A DNA stretch of 63,753 nt, filler included, from Octopus bimaculoides (taxonomy: Eukaryota): assembly GCF_001194135.2 (NCBI RefSeq). It is 7 parts of 4 records of this genome, joined end to end, with 100 filler letters (N's around TTAATTAATTAA, not from the genome) between each part and the next. Parts side by side here need not be neighbours in the genome. Positions count along the whole stretch, not along the records: positions 11,798 to 30,346 come from NC_069007.1; positions 30,447 to 51,965 come from NC_068982.1; 5 more parts are not named here. The stretch is one strand, 5' to 3'. Made by a program: the position numbers and the translations under genes. The notes beneath the pieces are model-generated. The model was not told the origin of the DNA. It saw only the letters and a list, made by a program, of their open reading frames with translations, and did no database searches. Position 1 is the first letter of the stretch. Each line of letters opens with the position of its first letter. This document shows positions 27,421 through 42,187 of the stretch, in pieces.

Positions 27421-27954
27421 TATGTATATACATATATATATACATACATACATACCCACACACACATATATATATACATACATTCACACACATATAATTT
27501 ATATAGATATACATACATCCATACATACGCACATTCACACACGCACACACATTTGTATATATATGCATCTGTTCGTGGGTGACTAACAATGGTCTGTCTT
27601 GTAGAGAACGATACAAGATCACTCAGTAATATAAGAAGACATAAAATGAACGAAGTTTTGTTGGACCATCTTCGCATAGAATTTATTTTAAGTGGAACAT
27701 GTTTATGCAAATCCTACTTCCGGTTTCTTCTCGTGACTTTATGATCTGGAAAAGTCGAGCGAGTGGAATGCAGAGCGTAGAGTCAAATTTATACAAGGAT
27801 CTCAGAAACTAGTAAATGAAATCTCATTTCGTCGCGCATTTTGTAGAGGAACGACACATCTCATTGTTATGCTACAATAGTTGAAAAAACAATACCCCTT
27901 TCTGCCACTTACGAAATTGATGTACGCTATCATGTCATGCTCTATATTTCGCTG

Positions 27955-28050
27955 GATTAGTCAATCTGTTCGACTAAACCAGTGAAGGTGGTTCCCCAGC
28001 ATGGCTGCAGTCCAACGATTGCAACAAGTAGAAGAATAAAGAATAAAAAA
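27955..28050 (+). mobile_element. SINE family B 3' tail fragment
   Basis: ttcgactaaa..gaaggtggttccccagcatggctgcagtccaacga..aacaagta matches ~59232-59310. Confidence 0.65.
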
Positions 28051-30272
28051 CGAACACGCAAAATAGCTCATTCCTGAATCGAATATCTACTGAACTAAAT
28101 GAACGTGTTTTTTTAAAGTAAATTTACTTTAGAATGTTAATTAAACGGAAGCTTTTGGGACTACTTGAGGAAATTGTACCTGAACTTGATTCAAACATCG
28201 TTGAAAAATATTATAAAAAGCTTTCCCATGACGGCAGAAACGTCCTCACCAGACTACGAGACTGCTGGAAACATATTTCATCTTAAACTACCTTCAAATT
28301 AGCCATATTCTCCCCCACAACACACACACACACACACACGCACACACACACATATATATATATATAAGAATTTGTTTTTGAAATGCACCTGAATTTGAAA
28401 AACTTGTAATTGTTTTTAAATAAATTTATTTACAGACCAAATTAGTTTCAGCAATTTTTCGTTTATCAATAGTATAAACGTATGGGATTTAAACAATTTA
28501 AAATTGCGAAATAGAAAACATGTTTAAATGATTAAATGTTCGCAAAATTCAATAATATCAAAAATGATCGGGGAATAGTATAAAAAATGTGGATCACCAA
28601 AAGTTCGGTCATACTGAATAAAGAGAGAGGAATATAAGAAAAGTGAGTAAAGAAAAAGAGATTTGTTAGAGTTTCTGTCATCTTGTATGTGATTCTTTTT
28701 ACAGGTTATGTATGTATGTATGTATGTATGTATGTATGTATGTATGTATGTATGCATATATATATATATATATATNNNNNNNNNNNNNNNNNNNNNNNNN
28801 NNNNNNNNNNNNNNNNNNNNNNNNNNNNNNNNNNNNNNNNNNNNNNNNNNNNNNNNNNNNNNNNNNNNNNNNNNNNNNNNNNNNNNNNNNNNNNNNNNNN
28901 NNNNNNNNNNNNNNNNNNNNNNNNNNNNNNNNNNNNNNNNNNNNNNNNNNNNNNNNNNNNNNNNNNNNNNNNNNNNNNNNNNNNNNNNNNNNNNNNNNNN
29001 NNNNNNNNNNNNNNNNNNNNNNNNNNNNNNNNNNNNNNNNNNNNNNNNNNNNNNNNNNNNNNNNNNNNNNNNNNNNNNNNNNNNNNNNNNNNNNNNNNNN
29101 NNNNNNNNNNNNNNNNNNNNNNNNNNNNNNNNNNNNNNNNNNNNNNNNNNNNNNNNNNNNNNNNNNNNNNNNNNNNNNNNNNNNNNNNNNNNNNNNNNNN
29201 NNNNNNNNNNNNNNNNNNNNNNNNNNNNNNNNNNNNNNNNNNNNNNNNNNNNNNNNNNNNNNNNNNNNNNNNNNNNNNNNNNNNNNNNNNNNNNNNNNNN
29301 NNNNNNNNNNNNNNNNNNNNNNNNNNNNNNNNNNNNNNNNNNNNNNNNNNNNNNNNNNNNNNNNNNNNNNNNNNNNNNNNNNNNNNNNNNNNNNNNNNNN
29401 NNNNNNNNNNNNNNNNNNNNNNNNNNNNNNNNNNNNNNNNNNNNNNNNNNNNNNNNNNNNNNNNNNNNNNNNNNNNNNNNNNNNNNNNNNNNNNNNNNNN
29501 NNNNNNNNNNNNNNNNNNNNNNNNNNNNNNNNNNNNNNNNNNNNNNNNNNNNNNNNNNNNNNNNNNNNNNNNATATATATATATATATATATATATACAT
29601 ATGTATATGCGCGCGCGCACGTGGTGTGTGTGTACATAAATACAGTGGATTGTGTCGATAAAATGAGCAATCAATGCGTTCTCAATACATGCTACAGCGT
29701 CTATTCTCGATTGAAACGTAATCTTCATTTCGCGGGTTTAGTTTCACGCTATTTCAATCATCAGGTAAGGATTTTAACTGAAAACTCGTTGCGGCGTGAA
29801 CAAGTCAATGAAGCTGCACACACACACACACACACACACACACGTAAAGATACATACACATATACATACATACACGCATACATAAATGCATATATAAATA
29901 CATAGATATGTACTTGCATAAATATACACATATACATACTCGTATATATATACACTGTACATTCTTAATACGTATAAATACACATAAATGCTTACATACA
30001 CACTCACATATACATTGTTACATATATCTATCGCTTTATGGATCAATGGAAAAATAGATATAGATCTAAAATACGCTTGGAAGTGTAAATAACAAGTTAG
30101 GTGAAGAGATTGATACGTATAATGTTATGTAGATGAATAGATAGATGTATCGATAAACAGGTAAATAGACGGAGATGAAGATAGATCGATGGATAAGATG
30201 ATCATTTGACGGACAAATCAATATATGAGGAGAGAAGGAGACCGAGTGTCTGAAGAACAGGTGGTCTGATAC

Positions 30273-30320
<48 letters not shown>

Positions 30321-30446
30321 TATATACTTTTATAAAACAAATTTTANNNNNNNNNNNNNNNNNNNNNNNNNNNNNNNNNNNNNNNNNNNNTTAATTAATT
30401 AANNNNNNNNNNNNNNNNNNNNNNNNNNNNNNNNNNNNNNNNNNNN

Positions 30447-30483
<37 letters not shown>

Positions 30484-31594
30484 AGCGAACATTCATCACA
30501 GTCTCCCATCGAATTTATTGATTGATGCTCGGCGAAATATGTTGTTGACATTTGATCAATAATTTTGCCCCACATCACGGTGGGATAGAACTTTGAACTA
30601 CCTTGTTGTTGATAGTAATAAGCATCATTCCATTTCTGTGCCAAATATTTTCTGTTGCCATTAAATATATCATACTGATACAATATCGCTATATTTTTAC
30701 GATGTGATACTTTAAATATTAACAATTTGATATATAAACGATAAAAGAGCGTTCTTCTTTGATAGTTATTATTTCGTATTTGCCTCAGAGAAATAAAACT
30801 TTCTGAAGATTGTTCATACATGCTGAAGTGTAGTGTAGTTCGCAACACAAATACAGATTCGACTGATGTTTGTTTATCAATAAATCATATCCATTTGTGA
30901 GGAATACAGTATAGTTAATATGATGCTTCACAGTATCATACTAAGTATCGTTTACTTAGCCAATCACACTGCTGCTGCGTGGTCATTTCGCTTGCTGGAC
31001 ATATTAAGCCATAGCTAAATCTTTTCAGAAATGGAAGAACAATAGATGATATATTCTAGATACGTATTTCAATAGAAGACAGAATAATTTTGATTGAAAG
31101 AGGTTTGATCACAGATCAACCTGGTTTGTGTAAGGGCTAACCAGTAATTCGAATACGAGAGTCTGTATACACTGTGAAAAAACCCTGAATACGAGAGTCT
31201 GTATACACTGAAAAACAAAGAAAGAAGAATTATTGGGGAACAACGCTATTTTTCCGTCTTATTAATAAAGGAAACGGGGAACATAACACCAGAAATGTTT
31301 AATTTTGGCGACGGCTGGTACTTGTTAGTTTAAGAGATACTGGTTCTACAGAATGTAACTGTTGTTATACACTTGCATGTATTTGAAGAGCATGTCTTTG
31401 TTTCATGCCCAAGGACGCAAAACTCCTTAAAGCTCATGCATAAATAAATATTTATATATTAAACTTGCATGTTCATAATGTCAACTAAGAAAGTAGGAAA
31501 ACACTGTGATATTTGCCTTATAGCGATAGCTTTGTGTTCTATGGCATACATGTGTGTGCCTATACATATATCATCCATTCATATACATATACAT

Positions 31595-31689
<95 letters not shown>

Positions 31690-34600
31690 TGTTTGTATGT
31701 ATATGTATATATATCTTTCAACACAACCGTGTTCTTGATTTTTCAACCAATCGAATTACTTCCAAGTACGTCCGTTCTTGAGCGACCTACCTGTTTTTAT
31801 ATACCACTCCCTCCCCATTTCAGTCCCATTCCTCATTTCTTTCATACACATAGTACAATCTCTTCTTCTCAGTTTCCCCTCACACCCATCCCCTGACTAC
31901 TATATTGTAACTGCAAATATTTTCTCAAACTTCCCTCATTCCATTCGAAAGACGAAACTTCAGTTATTGTAAAGCTGAATCTTTTCAGTATTATATAATT
32001 CTTTCAAATGTTTACTTAAGGAAATAATTTGAAAGTAAAAATGAATTTTGTAAAAAAATTATTTTTCCAGGAGAAAAATGTACTGAAGTAATGTGAGTAG
32101 AAATCAACGCACAGTCTTTGTTTTAATTTTAAAACCTCTGACTTGGCAATATTCTGTGTCTACACATGTATACATGCATAAATACATACATAAATATGGG
32201 TATGCTTACACATATACGTACATATAATACATATATAATTATTTAGACGCCCAGATGCAAACATATGTATATATATATATATCTTTACACTTAGATACAT
32301 ACAAACACGCATATATAAACTTATATACATCCATACATGCATACACAGACCGCGTATACATTCATATAAATAAAATTACGAACTAAAGTTTAAAGCAAGC
32401 CATGAACAATAAGAAATAAATAAACAGACTTATGCCTGAACAAACACGCAATAGCAAACGAGCGGAGCAAAAACTTAGCAAATCAAGTAATCAAACAAGT
32501 ATATTTTGTACTAAGATCCATACACAATTATCTATTCATTTTGACTGGTCTGCTAGTAATGGTACACTTGGTTGATTCAGAAATACAAATTGCCACTCAC
32601 AAACACAATCTGTATAGAAAAGATGTTCATAATTATATATTAAGAAGCAATACATTTTTCTGTCTGTAGTTTTAACACTGTCCATTGCTATGTTATCTCT
32701 ATTGATTGACGAACAACCGGCCTGACCTGCATTAAGGAGAAAATCGATTCCAATATCGAAGCTGTGTCTTGAGAAAATCTCTGGAGGTTTCTCAGTAAGT
32801 CCATGGCTAACTTCATTAATATAGATATAGATTTCGGTGAACAGTGAAATCACAGAGTGGAAGGCAGACAACAGCCACATTGATAGTAGAAATCACATTT
32901 CTGATATCATTATTCAACCAGATTTATTCTAGAAATAAGTAATTTATTTCCTCACTGACCTTGTTATTTATATCTACGCCTTGTGATTTTATTTACTTAA
33001 TATAATTGTGATGTCGTGTACTTTGATATCAACAAACGTGATAAACGTCATTGAAAGTTTCCAAATAGTTAGAGCAAAAGAAAATAATTACTACGCACCT
33101 GCCTTGATGAAAACATAGAGCATCGTTCTCTTGGAATTCAATTTGCTATTTTGCTTTAGGGAACATACAGATGTTCGTAACTGAGATCTGCTAATATGTT
33201 CATTGTAGCGGCATTAAGAGTAAGCAAAAGTGGAAAAGTACGATATTAAAGTCAGACGAGCTGCCGACGCTTAACTGTTGTTTAACGAATATATAATAGG
33301 AAAATATATAATTATTTTCATTTTGACCTTTTCTGTTCTCAAAACAAAATTAGTCTTTAAGTAATAAACTATCATTAACTGGCTTAATAGAAATCTTCCA
33401 ACAATACCTACATTATGCACTGAAAAAGATTAACAGAACGGCTTTAAATTTCTTATTCAATGGTAACCCCCCCCCCACTTATTCTATGGCCGAAACAGAT
33501 AACGTCTGGTCAAGGGTTAAGTAACATTATAGGGTGATTGCACTTTCTCTATGTGAAGCCATGAAACTTTGACCATTATCTATCGCCACAGGATAGCAAA
33601 TTGAAAAGTAATTCACACAACACTCTAGATTTATGTTTATTAATATACTATCACGTATTCTACTTGTAGGTGGGTCAGACGTAGTGTAGCAGTTTCCTAA
33701 CATAGAAATTGTTTCTCATAATTTTATTAGAAATAAAAGAGAAAATGTATATGCTGCATTTTTGTGATAGTGGGAAAATGAACTGGTGCTTGGATATGTT
33801 ACGGCCTGATATCCTGAAATGTGGTCTGAACGAGATAGACCATTGAGTATAGGCAACAATATTAAAAAGATAATTTAGAATAACAAAACTGAAGTTGCTA
33901 TTCTAATAAAAAAATTTAAAGTGAAGCAGAAGGTATATTCGAAGTTTAATATTTAACACATTTATCGTTAATTATCTCTAATAATTCTGGTGAAAGCTTC
34001 TAACCTAATGCCATCCATCCCCAGTCATGCAGCCACAACTATGATGACCACATTCAAATAACGTATTTGGTACTTTCGTTTTTCACGCTTCTTACTTTCA
34101 TTCTCTTTCTATTTCCGTTTTTATTATTCCATCTTCAGATGGTTGTTCTCTCCAGAACTAAAGACATTTCTACGCATCTGCTTTATACACTTGCACACTT
34201 ATAATTTCTAGTTGAGACTTTGTGATGTTTCCGTTTTGAAGACTAAAAATAGAATATAACCTGACCAAGGTTACATCAAATGTTTGTTGAGGCTAATAAT
34301 TGAAGATTTGATGAGGCAATTTTCTTTGGAAAAAAATAAATTCAACTTAATAATTATAGCAAGGAACGTCAATTTTCTATCCATGGTTACATGTCTTTCT
34401 TTACTGTGAGATCGATCAAAAATATTCCATATGAATCATGACCACCAACCACGTTCACCAATTTGTTCTTGTTATTCGAAATAGCTGCGGAAATAATGAA
34501 AGAATCATGGCGGCTTCCAACATAAAGACAAGTAAAAAAAAAAATTCAAACCTTTATTGCTTCTTTCGATGAAATCTAGTTGCTGTAGCAATGATTCAAG

Positions 34601-35486
34601 TGATATGAAAAGAAATTAGCCCAACAGCAATTAGTGCACAAATAAGTTTTATTTCTTCGTTTGAAAATACCATTTAAATTGTTGAACAAGTCAAAGATGT
34701 GAAATTTGCTGTTAGTAACGAGGATGTTGAAAAATTAGTTGAAGCACGAGGGTAAGATATGTGACTCGTCTAATTATCTGCTATAGAGGTAAAAAGAAGA
34801 AAGATGTACAATCAGCAAATTAAAAATAAAACATAATAAACCTGGACCGAAAGAATAATTATGAAGTACACAAGATGATATCAAATAACACATGATCATA
34901 TCAACAGTATTCAATTCCTCGTCTCTGTTACTTGCAATAATGTTTCTCTGATTCTACTTGTAGCAGACGAATTAAAAAAACAGTGAAACTGTTCAAATAA
35001 ATATAAAGATGTAAATTATTATGAGACAGTTGCATTGAATTCGATTCTTCAAATATTCATGCCGTTGATCATCATAACAATGTGGTTCTGGGTTCGATAA
35101 TATTGCTTAGAACATTCGGCGCATAAATGCTACCAGAGATTCGTGTGGCCAATATGTTGGGGATAAGTTTGAAAGACGGGAAAACTATAACACATAATAC
35201 ATACATACATACATACATACATACACACATACATACATACATACACACACACAAACACATACATACATATATACATACATACACACATACATACATACAT
35301 ACATACATACATACATACATACATACACACACACAAACACATACATACATACATATGTGCACATGCGAAACGATTGTGCATATCTAGATATATCTGTATT
35401 TATGTGTTTATGTAAGTTATTTACATATATGGGTATATTCTGTCTGGCTGTTTAGCTCTCTGTCTGTTTATCTCTATGTCTGTCTG

Positions 35487-35561
<75 letters not shown>

Positions 35562-35850
35562 CAATATACATACATGCATACATACATATATANNNNNNNN
35601 NNNNNNNNNNNNNNNNNNNNNNNNNNNNNNNNNNNNNNNNNNNNNNNNNNNNNNNNNNNNNNNNNNNNNNNNNNNNNNNNNNNNNNNNNNNNNNNNNNNN
35701 NNNNNNNNNNNNNNNNNNNNNNNNNNNNNNNNNNNNNNNNNNNNNNNNNNNNNNNNNNNNNNNNNNNNNNNNNNNNNNNNNNNNNNNNNNNNNNNNNNNN
35801 NNNNNNNNNNNNNNNNNNNNNNNNNNNNNNNNNNNNNNNNNNNNNNNNNN

Positions 35851-35893
<43 letters not shown>

Positions 35894-35909
35894 GTAAAAC
35901 TAAACTTGT

Positions 35910-36165
35910 GGAGCAGCGGACTCGCTGTCGAAGGATCGCAGGTTCGAACGTCAGACCGGGCGATGTGTGCGTTTGTGCGCGAAATACCAATGCTCCCGGC
36001 AGTTCCGTCAGATGATTATGATGAACTTCTGCTGACCCTTTCGCCACAACTTTCTATCGCTCTTACCTTCTGCATCTGGCAGCTTACCTGTATACCAATG
36101 AAACCAGGAAAACAGCTCTCACGAGACAGACATGGCTCGTGAATGAACAAACAACAACAACAAAA
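35910..36165 (+). mobile_element. SINE family D (tRNA head, (AAC)n tail)
   Basis: tRNA-like gcagcggactcgc..ggatcgcaggttcgaac..agaccgggcg head. Shares cacaactttct..c.ctcttac.t.ctg with 43620-43930 and ends in aacaacaacaac. Confidence 0.7.
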
Positions 36166-36489
36166 CTAAAATTGCTGAAACTGTGAAAAACCACTTGCAT
36201 TGCTAAATATTCACTATAGCTTGATTTCTTTAGTAATACACACGAGTACACACACACACACGCTTATATATTTATACAGTCATGTATATATACATACATA
36301 ATGAACGTATATCAATCCTAGTTTAATTTTACTGTTAAAAGATTTTACCTAAATGACTAAATCACTTTCTTTAAACCTGAATGTGATCAAAACAATAGTG
36401 AATTCCCAAGACAGCTACCTAATCGTTTCGAACAATCTTGTTTTTGATATGACCAATTGTAATCACTCTCACTACCCAAACTTTACCAA

Positions 36490-36630
36490 ATATCTTCTTC
36501 TTCTTCTTCTTCTTCTTCTTCTTCTTCTTCTTCTTCTTCTTCTTCTTCTTCTTCTTNNNNNNNNNNCTTCTTCTTCTTCTTCTTCTTCTTCTTCTTCTTC
36601 TTCTTCTTCTTCTTCTTCTTCTTCTTCTTC
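36490..36630 (+). repeat. (CTT)n microsatellite
   Basis: Direct read; spans a 10-N gap. Confidence 0.95.
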
Positions 36631-36765
36631 ACATTTCCTTTCCTCAAACATCTTAATTCCATTTTACTATAATTGACAGTTTCCTTTTTCAATCATCCAA
36701 GTAATCTATTGAGAATTTCTTTAACACTTCTCAATCCAATAACTGTTTACTTCAATAACTAACTG

Positions 36766-36812
<47 letters not shown>

Positions 36813-37094
36813 TTATAAATAGATAACAACAATAAATAAATAAATGAATAACTGAATAAATAAACAAATAAATGGAGAAATGAAATTTAAAACTATTTTA
36901 CAAAGGAGACTACTCAGTGTACACCACTCAAAGATCGCACTCAAGCATATATGTCAAAAGCAAGAGTATAGCATTTAATGTTTGAAAAAGCTGGTTCCCT
37001 ATATAGTAAGGTGCAATCAGAGTTTTCTTTATCAAATGTCTCCCGAAAATGATCTTCTATATCTTAGTTGTCTTTTCCAAAACAATGTGTTTGC

Positions 37095-37310
37095 CTGACA
37101 TTTGGACATCTTATTCAAATTATTCAACACGAGTTTTATGACAGACAAATAAGACATGCTACAACATCTTTTAGAAAGGGTTAATGATAAAAAGTCTGAT
37201 TGTAAATTTCGAAGTAATGATTCCCTATACAAATATCCCAGGTGACTATGGAGTCGAAGCCATTAAATGCTGGTTAGAGAACTTTACATTTGAACTACAA
37301 GATCCGCTTT
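37095..37310 (+). mobile_element. Degenerate Penelope-like reverse transcriptase fragment
   Basis: Across frameshifts it reads HLDILFKLFNTSFMTDK*DMLQHLLERVNDK...YTNIPGDYGVEAIKCWLENF, the Penelope RT motif (D)V.SLYTNIP...G+EAI..WL. Confidence 0.7.
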
Positions 37311-39142
37311 TATAATGCGGTTGGCTTCTCAGAGTGGAACTGAATATATATCAAGAGAAAAATCGCAATATCCGAAATATACATTTATTATCATTACCTC
37401 ACAAATCAAAAACCAATGATTATTCAGTATATATTATAGAATTTCATTATTTAATAATATGTAGCTGGCATTCGTTTCGTTGTGAATAGTGATTATTTTT
37501 TGCTCTGATGGGTTCTTCTGCATTATGTTGCAATGCTTTTAGGTTTAATATAATACTGAATAACTCAACGGACAAAGGACCACAAAGTAGCGAGAACACA
37601 CACACACACACACACACGCACACACACACACACACACACACAGACCCATACGCACACACACACACCTATACACACACCCAAGCGCACTCTCATGCGTTTG
37701 ATATATGACTCTATACACACACTCGTGCGTTTGATATACGTGTTAAAACATATAATACATATAGAACAATAAGACGATACAACGTGGAAATCGATACTTT
37801 GGTTTAAGATTTAATATGTCCTGATTAATAACGTCAGAATTTTGCTCCTTTTGAAACATTGCTGAGGTGATCCAGTGTTAATTAATTAAATAACTGACTC
37901 TTTCACCACTAATTGCATCATGAATGATTGCAGATGGCATTCAAATAGAAACGAATACATATACTGAGGATCTGTAATTCTTCGTCTTCTACAGTTTTTG
38001 GTTCTATCCTGTACCGGGTCAACCGTGCACGGAACCTGTCCACACATTTGCCTGACATTTTCTGCTATAATCCCAACTGTCTTTTGAATAAAGATAAGTA
38101 GCCGACAGCAGTGTGATCACTTACATATTTTCTTCGGGCTACAGCGTATCCTTTGGGTGTGAGCGCGTAACTCAAGTTTTATGGTTACAAGTGAAGGAGA
38201 CATGACAATCCTCCATTCAGAGAAACATCGGTGCATTTAAACTACGTCCCCATTGCACGGTTAACACTGCTAATAGAATCCACCTAGTTATATTTTGGGG
38301 TACAATACATCACATACATTTTGCATGCCTTGCCTTGACTTCGGTCCTAAACTTCTGTTGGTATAGTAGGGGAGTTGCGTCCTAGGTACTTTTAGAAGTA
38401 GTCTAATAACTAGTTCATGCCTGAGTTTGAACACAAACGATATTGTCCGGTAGCAGATAGAAAGAAAATATTTTTAGTAAAGAACTAATGTATTTTTGTC
38501 AACCTCGAATGCAACAAATTTAAAGATGACCTCGACGGTTATTGAAATTCGATTACCTTACACTTGATACACACTAATATTGCCTATCTATATAACCTGT
38601 TATTCCATACATCTTGACGCACAGAACACAACATACACTCGCATATGTACATATAGAGACATTCAGAACTTATTGTAAAATTAGTGTCGACTGGGATATC
38701 AAATTTCCCGCAACAGTGCAGAATTGATAATAAAGAATAAAATTAATAGAGTTTAATCTACTCTTGGTATGACCCATCCCGTCAATAAATGCTCCGTTGT
38801 TATTTTTCAAATAATTTTAAGATAAACGTTTCGTGAGAAGAACGAAAAATAATCAGTCCGAGAGAAAATGTCAGCTAAATGCTAGAAATCAGCTGGGAAT
38901 GTTGTTGCTTGGGGTTAGTTAAAAATGGGAAGGAAGGGTGCGTATGTAGATAGCTGCAAGTGTAAATGTGAGTCACTGTCTGGAAAGGGGCATACATGGT
39001 AGTAGTGTGTATGTGTTTGTAGAATCATTAGGTGGTTGGGTGAATGTCTTCATGTAAGTAGTTGAGAAAACTTCTGAGTGTAACGGAAAATATATTGTTG
39101 AATCTAAGGTGAGGGCAATCTGGAAGATATAATATTCTATAA

Positions 39143-39175
<33 letters not shown>

Positions 39176-39265
39176 NNNNNNNNNNAGATATATATGTATA
39201 TATGTGTGTGTGTATTTATGTATGTATATGTATATCATATCTATATATATATATATATATATATG

Positions 39266-39345
<80 letters not shown>

Positions 39346-39550
39346 TATGTTGAAACATCCTCCCATAAATAATACGTTTTTTAATACTGCTTCTATTTTT
39401 CAAAATTAGTATAAACAAAATTCTTTTTTATATCTAAAATATACTCTCCTTCATTCTCTTCCATCTATCAGGTAGACTTTCAAGGCCACCCACTACCGAA
39501 AATTCGCTTGTCCGTGACGAAAAGTGCTCCTCCAATGCTATTCTGATCTC

Positions 39551-39811
39551 ACAGTTCTATATTTAAGAGATGAGGAATTATGTACATATTTACATTATTT
39601 ACAATTGACGGATATTGGTCCTCATTTTGTTTGTTGTCAACACAACGTTTCGGCTGATATACCCTCCAGCCATAATCAGGAATGAGAACCCAGGTTCGAA
39701 ATTTCCTCAAGACACCTGACGAAGGCTGGAAGGTTTATCAGCTGAAACGTTGTGTTAGCAACAAACAAGATGAGGACAAACATCCGTCAATTGTAAATAA
39801 TGTAAATGATG
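39551..39811. mobile_element. Palindromic Penelope-derived insertion with 10-bp TSD (ttctgatctc)
   Basis: TSD at 39541-39550 and 39812-39821 splits the mariner frame DEIRT/EIRI. Arms ~39587-39680 and ~39715-39807 are reverse complements of each other. Confidence 0.85.
39711..39756 (+). ncRNA. Putative minimal type-I hammerhead ribozyme (Penelope-associated, dimer-type)
   Basis: GACAC / CUGACGA-A / GGCUG-loop-CAGCU / GAAAC-GUU / GUGUU: canonical core, stems I and II paired, loopless palindromic stem III. Predicted cleavage is after 39751. Confidence 0.7.
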
Positions 39812-40589
39812 TTCTGATCTCGTCTACAGAATTCATGTTTTTTCCGTCCAAATAATTTTGCAAACTGTGAATAAATGATAATGAGATAGGGCAATGTCCG
39901 CGATATGGTGGGTTGGGCATCGTATCCTATTCAAACTGCTCCAGGTTTGGAATGTCATCCTCGTTGTATGTTGTGAAGGATTATCCTGATGGAAGAACAC
40001 TTTTCGTCTTGAAACCAAAGATGGTCGTTTTTCTTCTAGCGCTGACTTAAGCCGTTCAAGCTGCTTGCAGTAGATCTCGTTTGTTATCGTTTGCTTTGAG
40101 TTTAAAAGTTCAAAGTGGACTAAACCTTTCATATCCCACTAAACAGATAACATCTTAAGTGGGAGAAGACCTTCTTTAGCCTTGGGTGTCGGTGTTTCTC
40201 GTTTCCCTACCCACAGTCGTGACGTTTTTATAGAGAACCTATTTCTCGCCACCAGTCGCTATTCGGTCCAAAAATGGTTCATTTGTGAGATATGATCGAT
40301 GGTACGCAGGTGTCGATGAATGGTTGAATGACTAAATCCAAGCTTCTCTCCTAGTTCCTCACTAGTTACTATGGGATTTTGTTCCACCAGCATTTTCCTC
40401 CACCAGAGACGTCTTCGTCGAGCTCTACAGATCTTCCAGGACAAGGTTCGTCTTCTGGGCTCGGAATTTATGTAACCACTGTTGACACTGGCTTACGTTT
40501 ATTGTGCGATCCGTATATAATGCATTACTATTCCTCGCAGTTTCTGTCGCGTCGAGCTGCACTCTTCAAAACTTGCACTAAGAATAAGT

Positions 40590-42187
40590 TAATTTTTAAT
40601 CACCGAGAAGGGGCCGACATAGAGGGGACAATACAAAAACATGTGGAGACACATAGCACGAAAAAAATAAAGTTAAAAATAAAATTAAAATCATGGTAAC
40701 ATGAATGATACATGAAAATGAAACATGAAAATGAGGTGCTTGCCCCACCTGAAGCAGCAACACTTACATCCTTCTGAATCCCGAATTCTGCAAAACGTCC
40801 AATCCGAATATTTCTCTCAGTAAATCATATCCTACATTTACTGGTATCGTTTACAGGTTCGCATCAGTGTTGCAATACTTATAAGCTTTTAATATTTTGC
40901 AATCACTTCCTTCTGGCTCTGAGACACCAGCACACACATGTGCCAACCCACATTAGTATATCCCTCCACATCCACACATTTTACTGTCTTCCACCTTGTT
41001 ACCTCATTTATTAGTTCCTCATCTACATCCTCTCTTAACACACATACATAGCTATTTTCACGTGGGTGGCATTTTGTGTATCTTTTGATGTCTGTTTCTC
41101 TCGTTTTCGTACATCGTGACTGAAGGGAATGGGTGTGTTTGGTGTCTGTAGGGAGAGGGTGGGTCTGAGAGGTTATGGGTGAGGTGGGGATGCCTTGGGA
41201 TTCCACAAACACTGTCCTTTCTTCCTTCTGCCACTGTCTATAATTCTTCCTTTTTTCTTTCTTCCATCTGTACCTCCTCTTGCTTTTTCTCCGACTCTTT
41301 ATCCCCTTTTTCCGGATTATGCTTCTACAGAGGGCTGTGTGCTGTAATGTGGCGCTTTTGGTAACATTTAAAACAGCGAGGGATTCTGCCCTCCACCAAA
41401 ACTCTCAAGATTATATCTCCTACAGTCACCGTCTCCACCAAATCTTACAAGGATTCTACTTCAGCCTGAACAATAAGTTCTAATGTTTTTCCTTTCCACA
41501 TCACCTCCTTCGTTTCCGTGGCTTGGAGGACGGCCACTTCTTCCTCACTTCCAAGGAGAACAGCCAACGCAACCCAAGCCACATCTATGTCTGGCAGGAT
41601 CCCCTGTACCTTGATTTTGGATGTCTTCCTTCCAAGATACATGGGTAGAAAGACCATTTTATTCGCCTTCACTGTTTTTACAGCCAGCCTCTTTGCTGCT
41701 TTCTCCGTCTTCAACTGCACCACCATCGTTCCATATTTGCTTCCTCTAGTCAAAAACGCCATATTCATAGATGCCGCTCACAACGCCTTCTCAGTGTTTC
41801 GGCTACTGAATAAATTTTATACACAATGGTTCTCTTCATCATGCCCTCCATAAGTTTCTGCGGAGGCGGCAAATTCACGTCACCACTTACCTTATGTGCC
41901 ATGTTTCGATGTTCTCCCATTTTAGACGATTTTATTACATTCTTTTTTAATTCCGTTACCTCAGCGAAGCTATTTTTTCCCCAAGTTATCTGTCCATTCT
42001 GTTTACTGCTTTTACTAATTCCTCCTCAGGACAATTTCGACCCGCTATGGTCCGAATAGAACATTTTTTCATTAACCATCGGTATCTCTCTTGTGGCAGA
42101 GAGAAAGCACAACCGGTAAGCCGCCGCAAAGCAGCACAACAATCAACACTTCAATACAACTCAATATACGTTAAAAAAAAATACGAT
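40590..42187 (-). mobile_element. ORF1-only (gag-like) non-LTR retroelement with 17-bp TSD; no ORF2/RT
   Basis: TSD ttgcactaagaataagt (40573-40589) and ttgcattaagaataagt (42188-42204). One decayed ORF runs ~42080 to 40889 with a zinc knuckle PRCFKCYQKRHITAHSP. It is followed by ~300 nt of UTR and an A-rich end (gattaaaaatta). Confidence 0.85.
40889..42080 (-). pseudogene. Decayed LINE ORF1-like protein (probable RRM-like region, CCHC knuckle, charged linker, C-terminal domain)
   Basis: Pieces read LPPPQKLMEGMMKRTIVYKIYS, MAFLTRGSKYGTMVVQLKTEKAAKRL..KIKVQGILPDIDVAWV, VLVEGRIPRCFKCYQKRHITAHS and YVCVLREDVDEELINEVTRWKTVKCVDV. They are separated by stops and frameshifts. Confidence 0.7.

Noticed and set aside
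30480-30848. Minus-strand ORF ...KWNDAYYYQQQGSSKFYPTVMWGK...
   Set aside because: No recognisable family and no convincing splice pair; it runs into (TA)n and a spacer.
31151-31210. 24-bp direct repeat gaatacgagagtctgtatacactg x2
   Set aside because: A simple local slippage duplication with no element between the copies.
32536-32880. 114-aa minus-strand ORF with an internal acceptor-like ttttctccttaatgcag
   Set aside because: No homology recognised, and the plus-strand candidate exon has stops in all frames.
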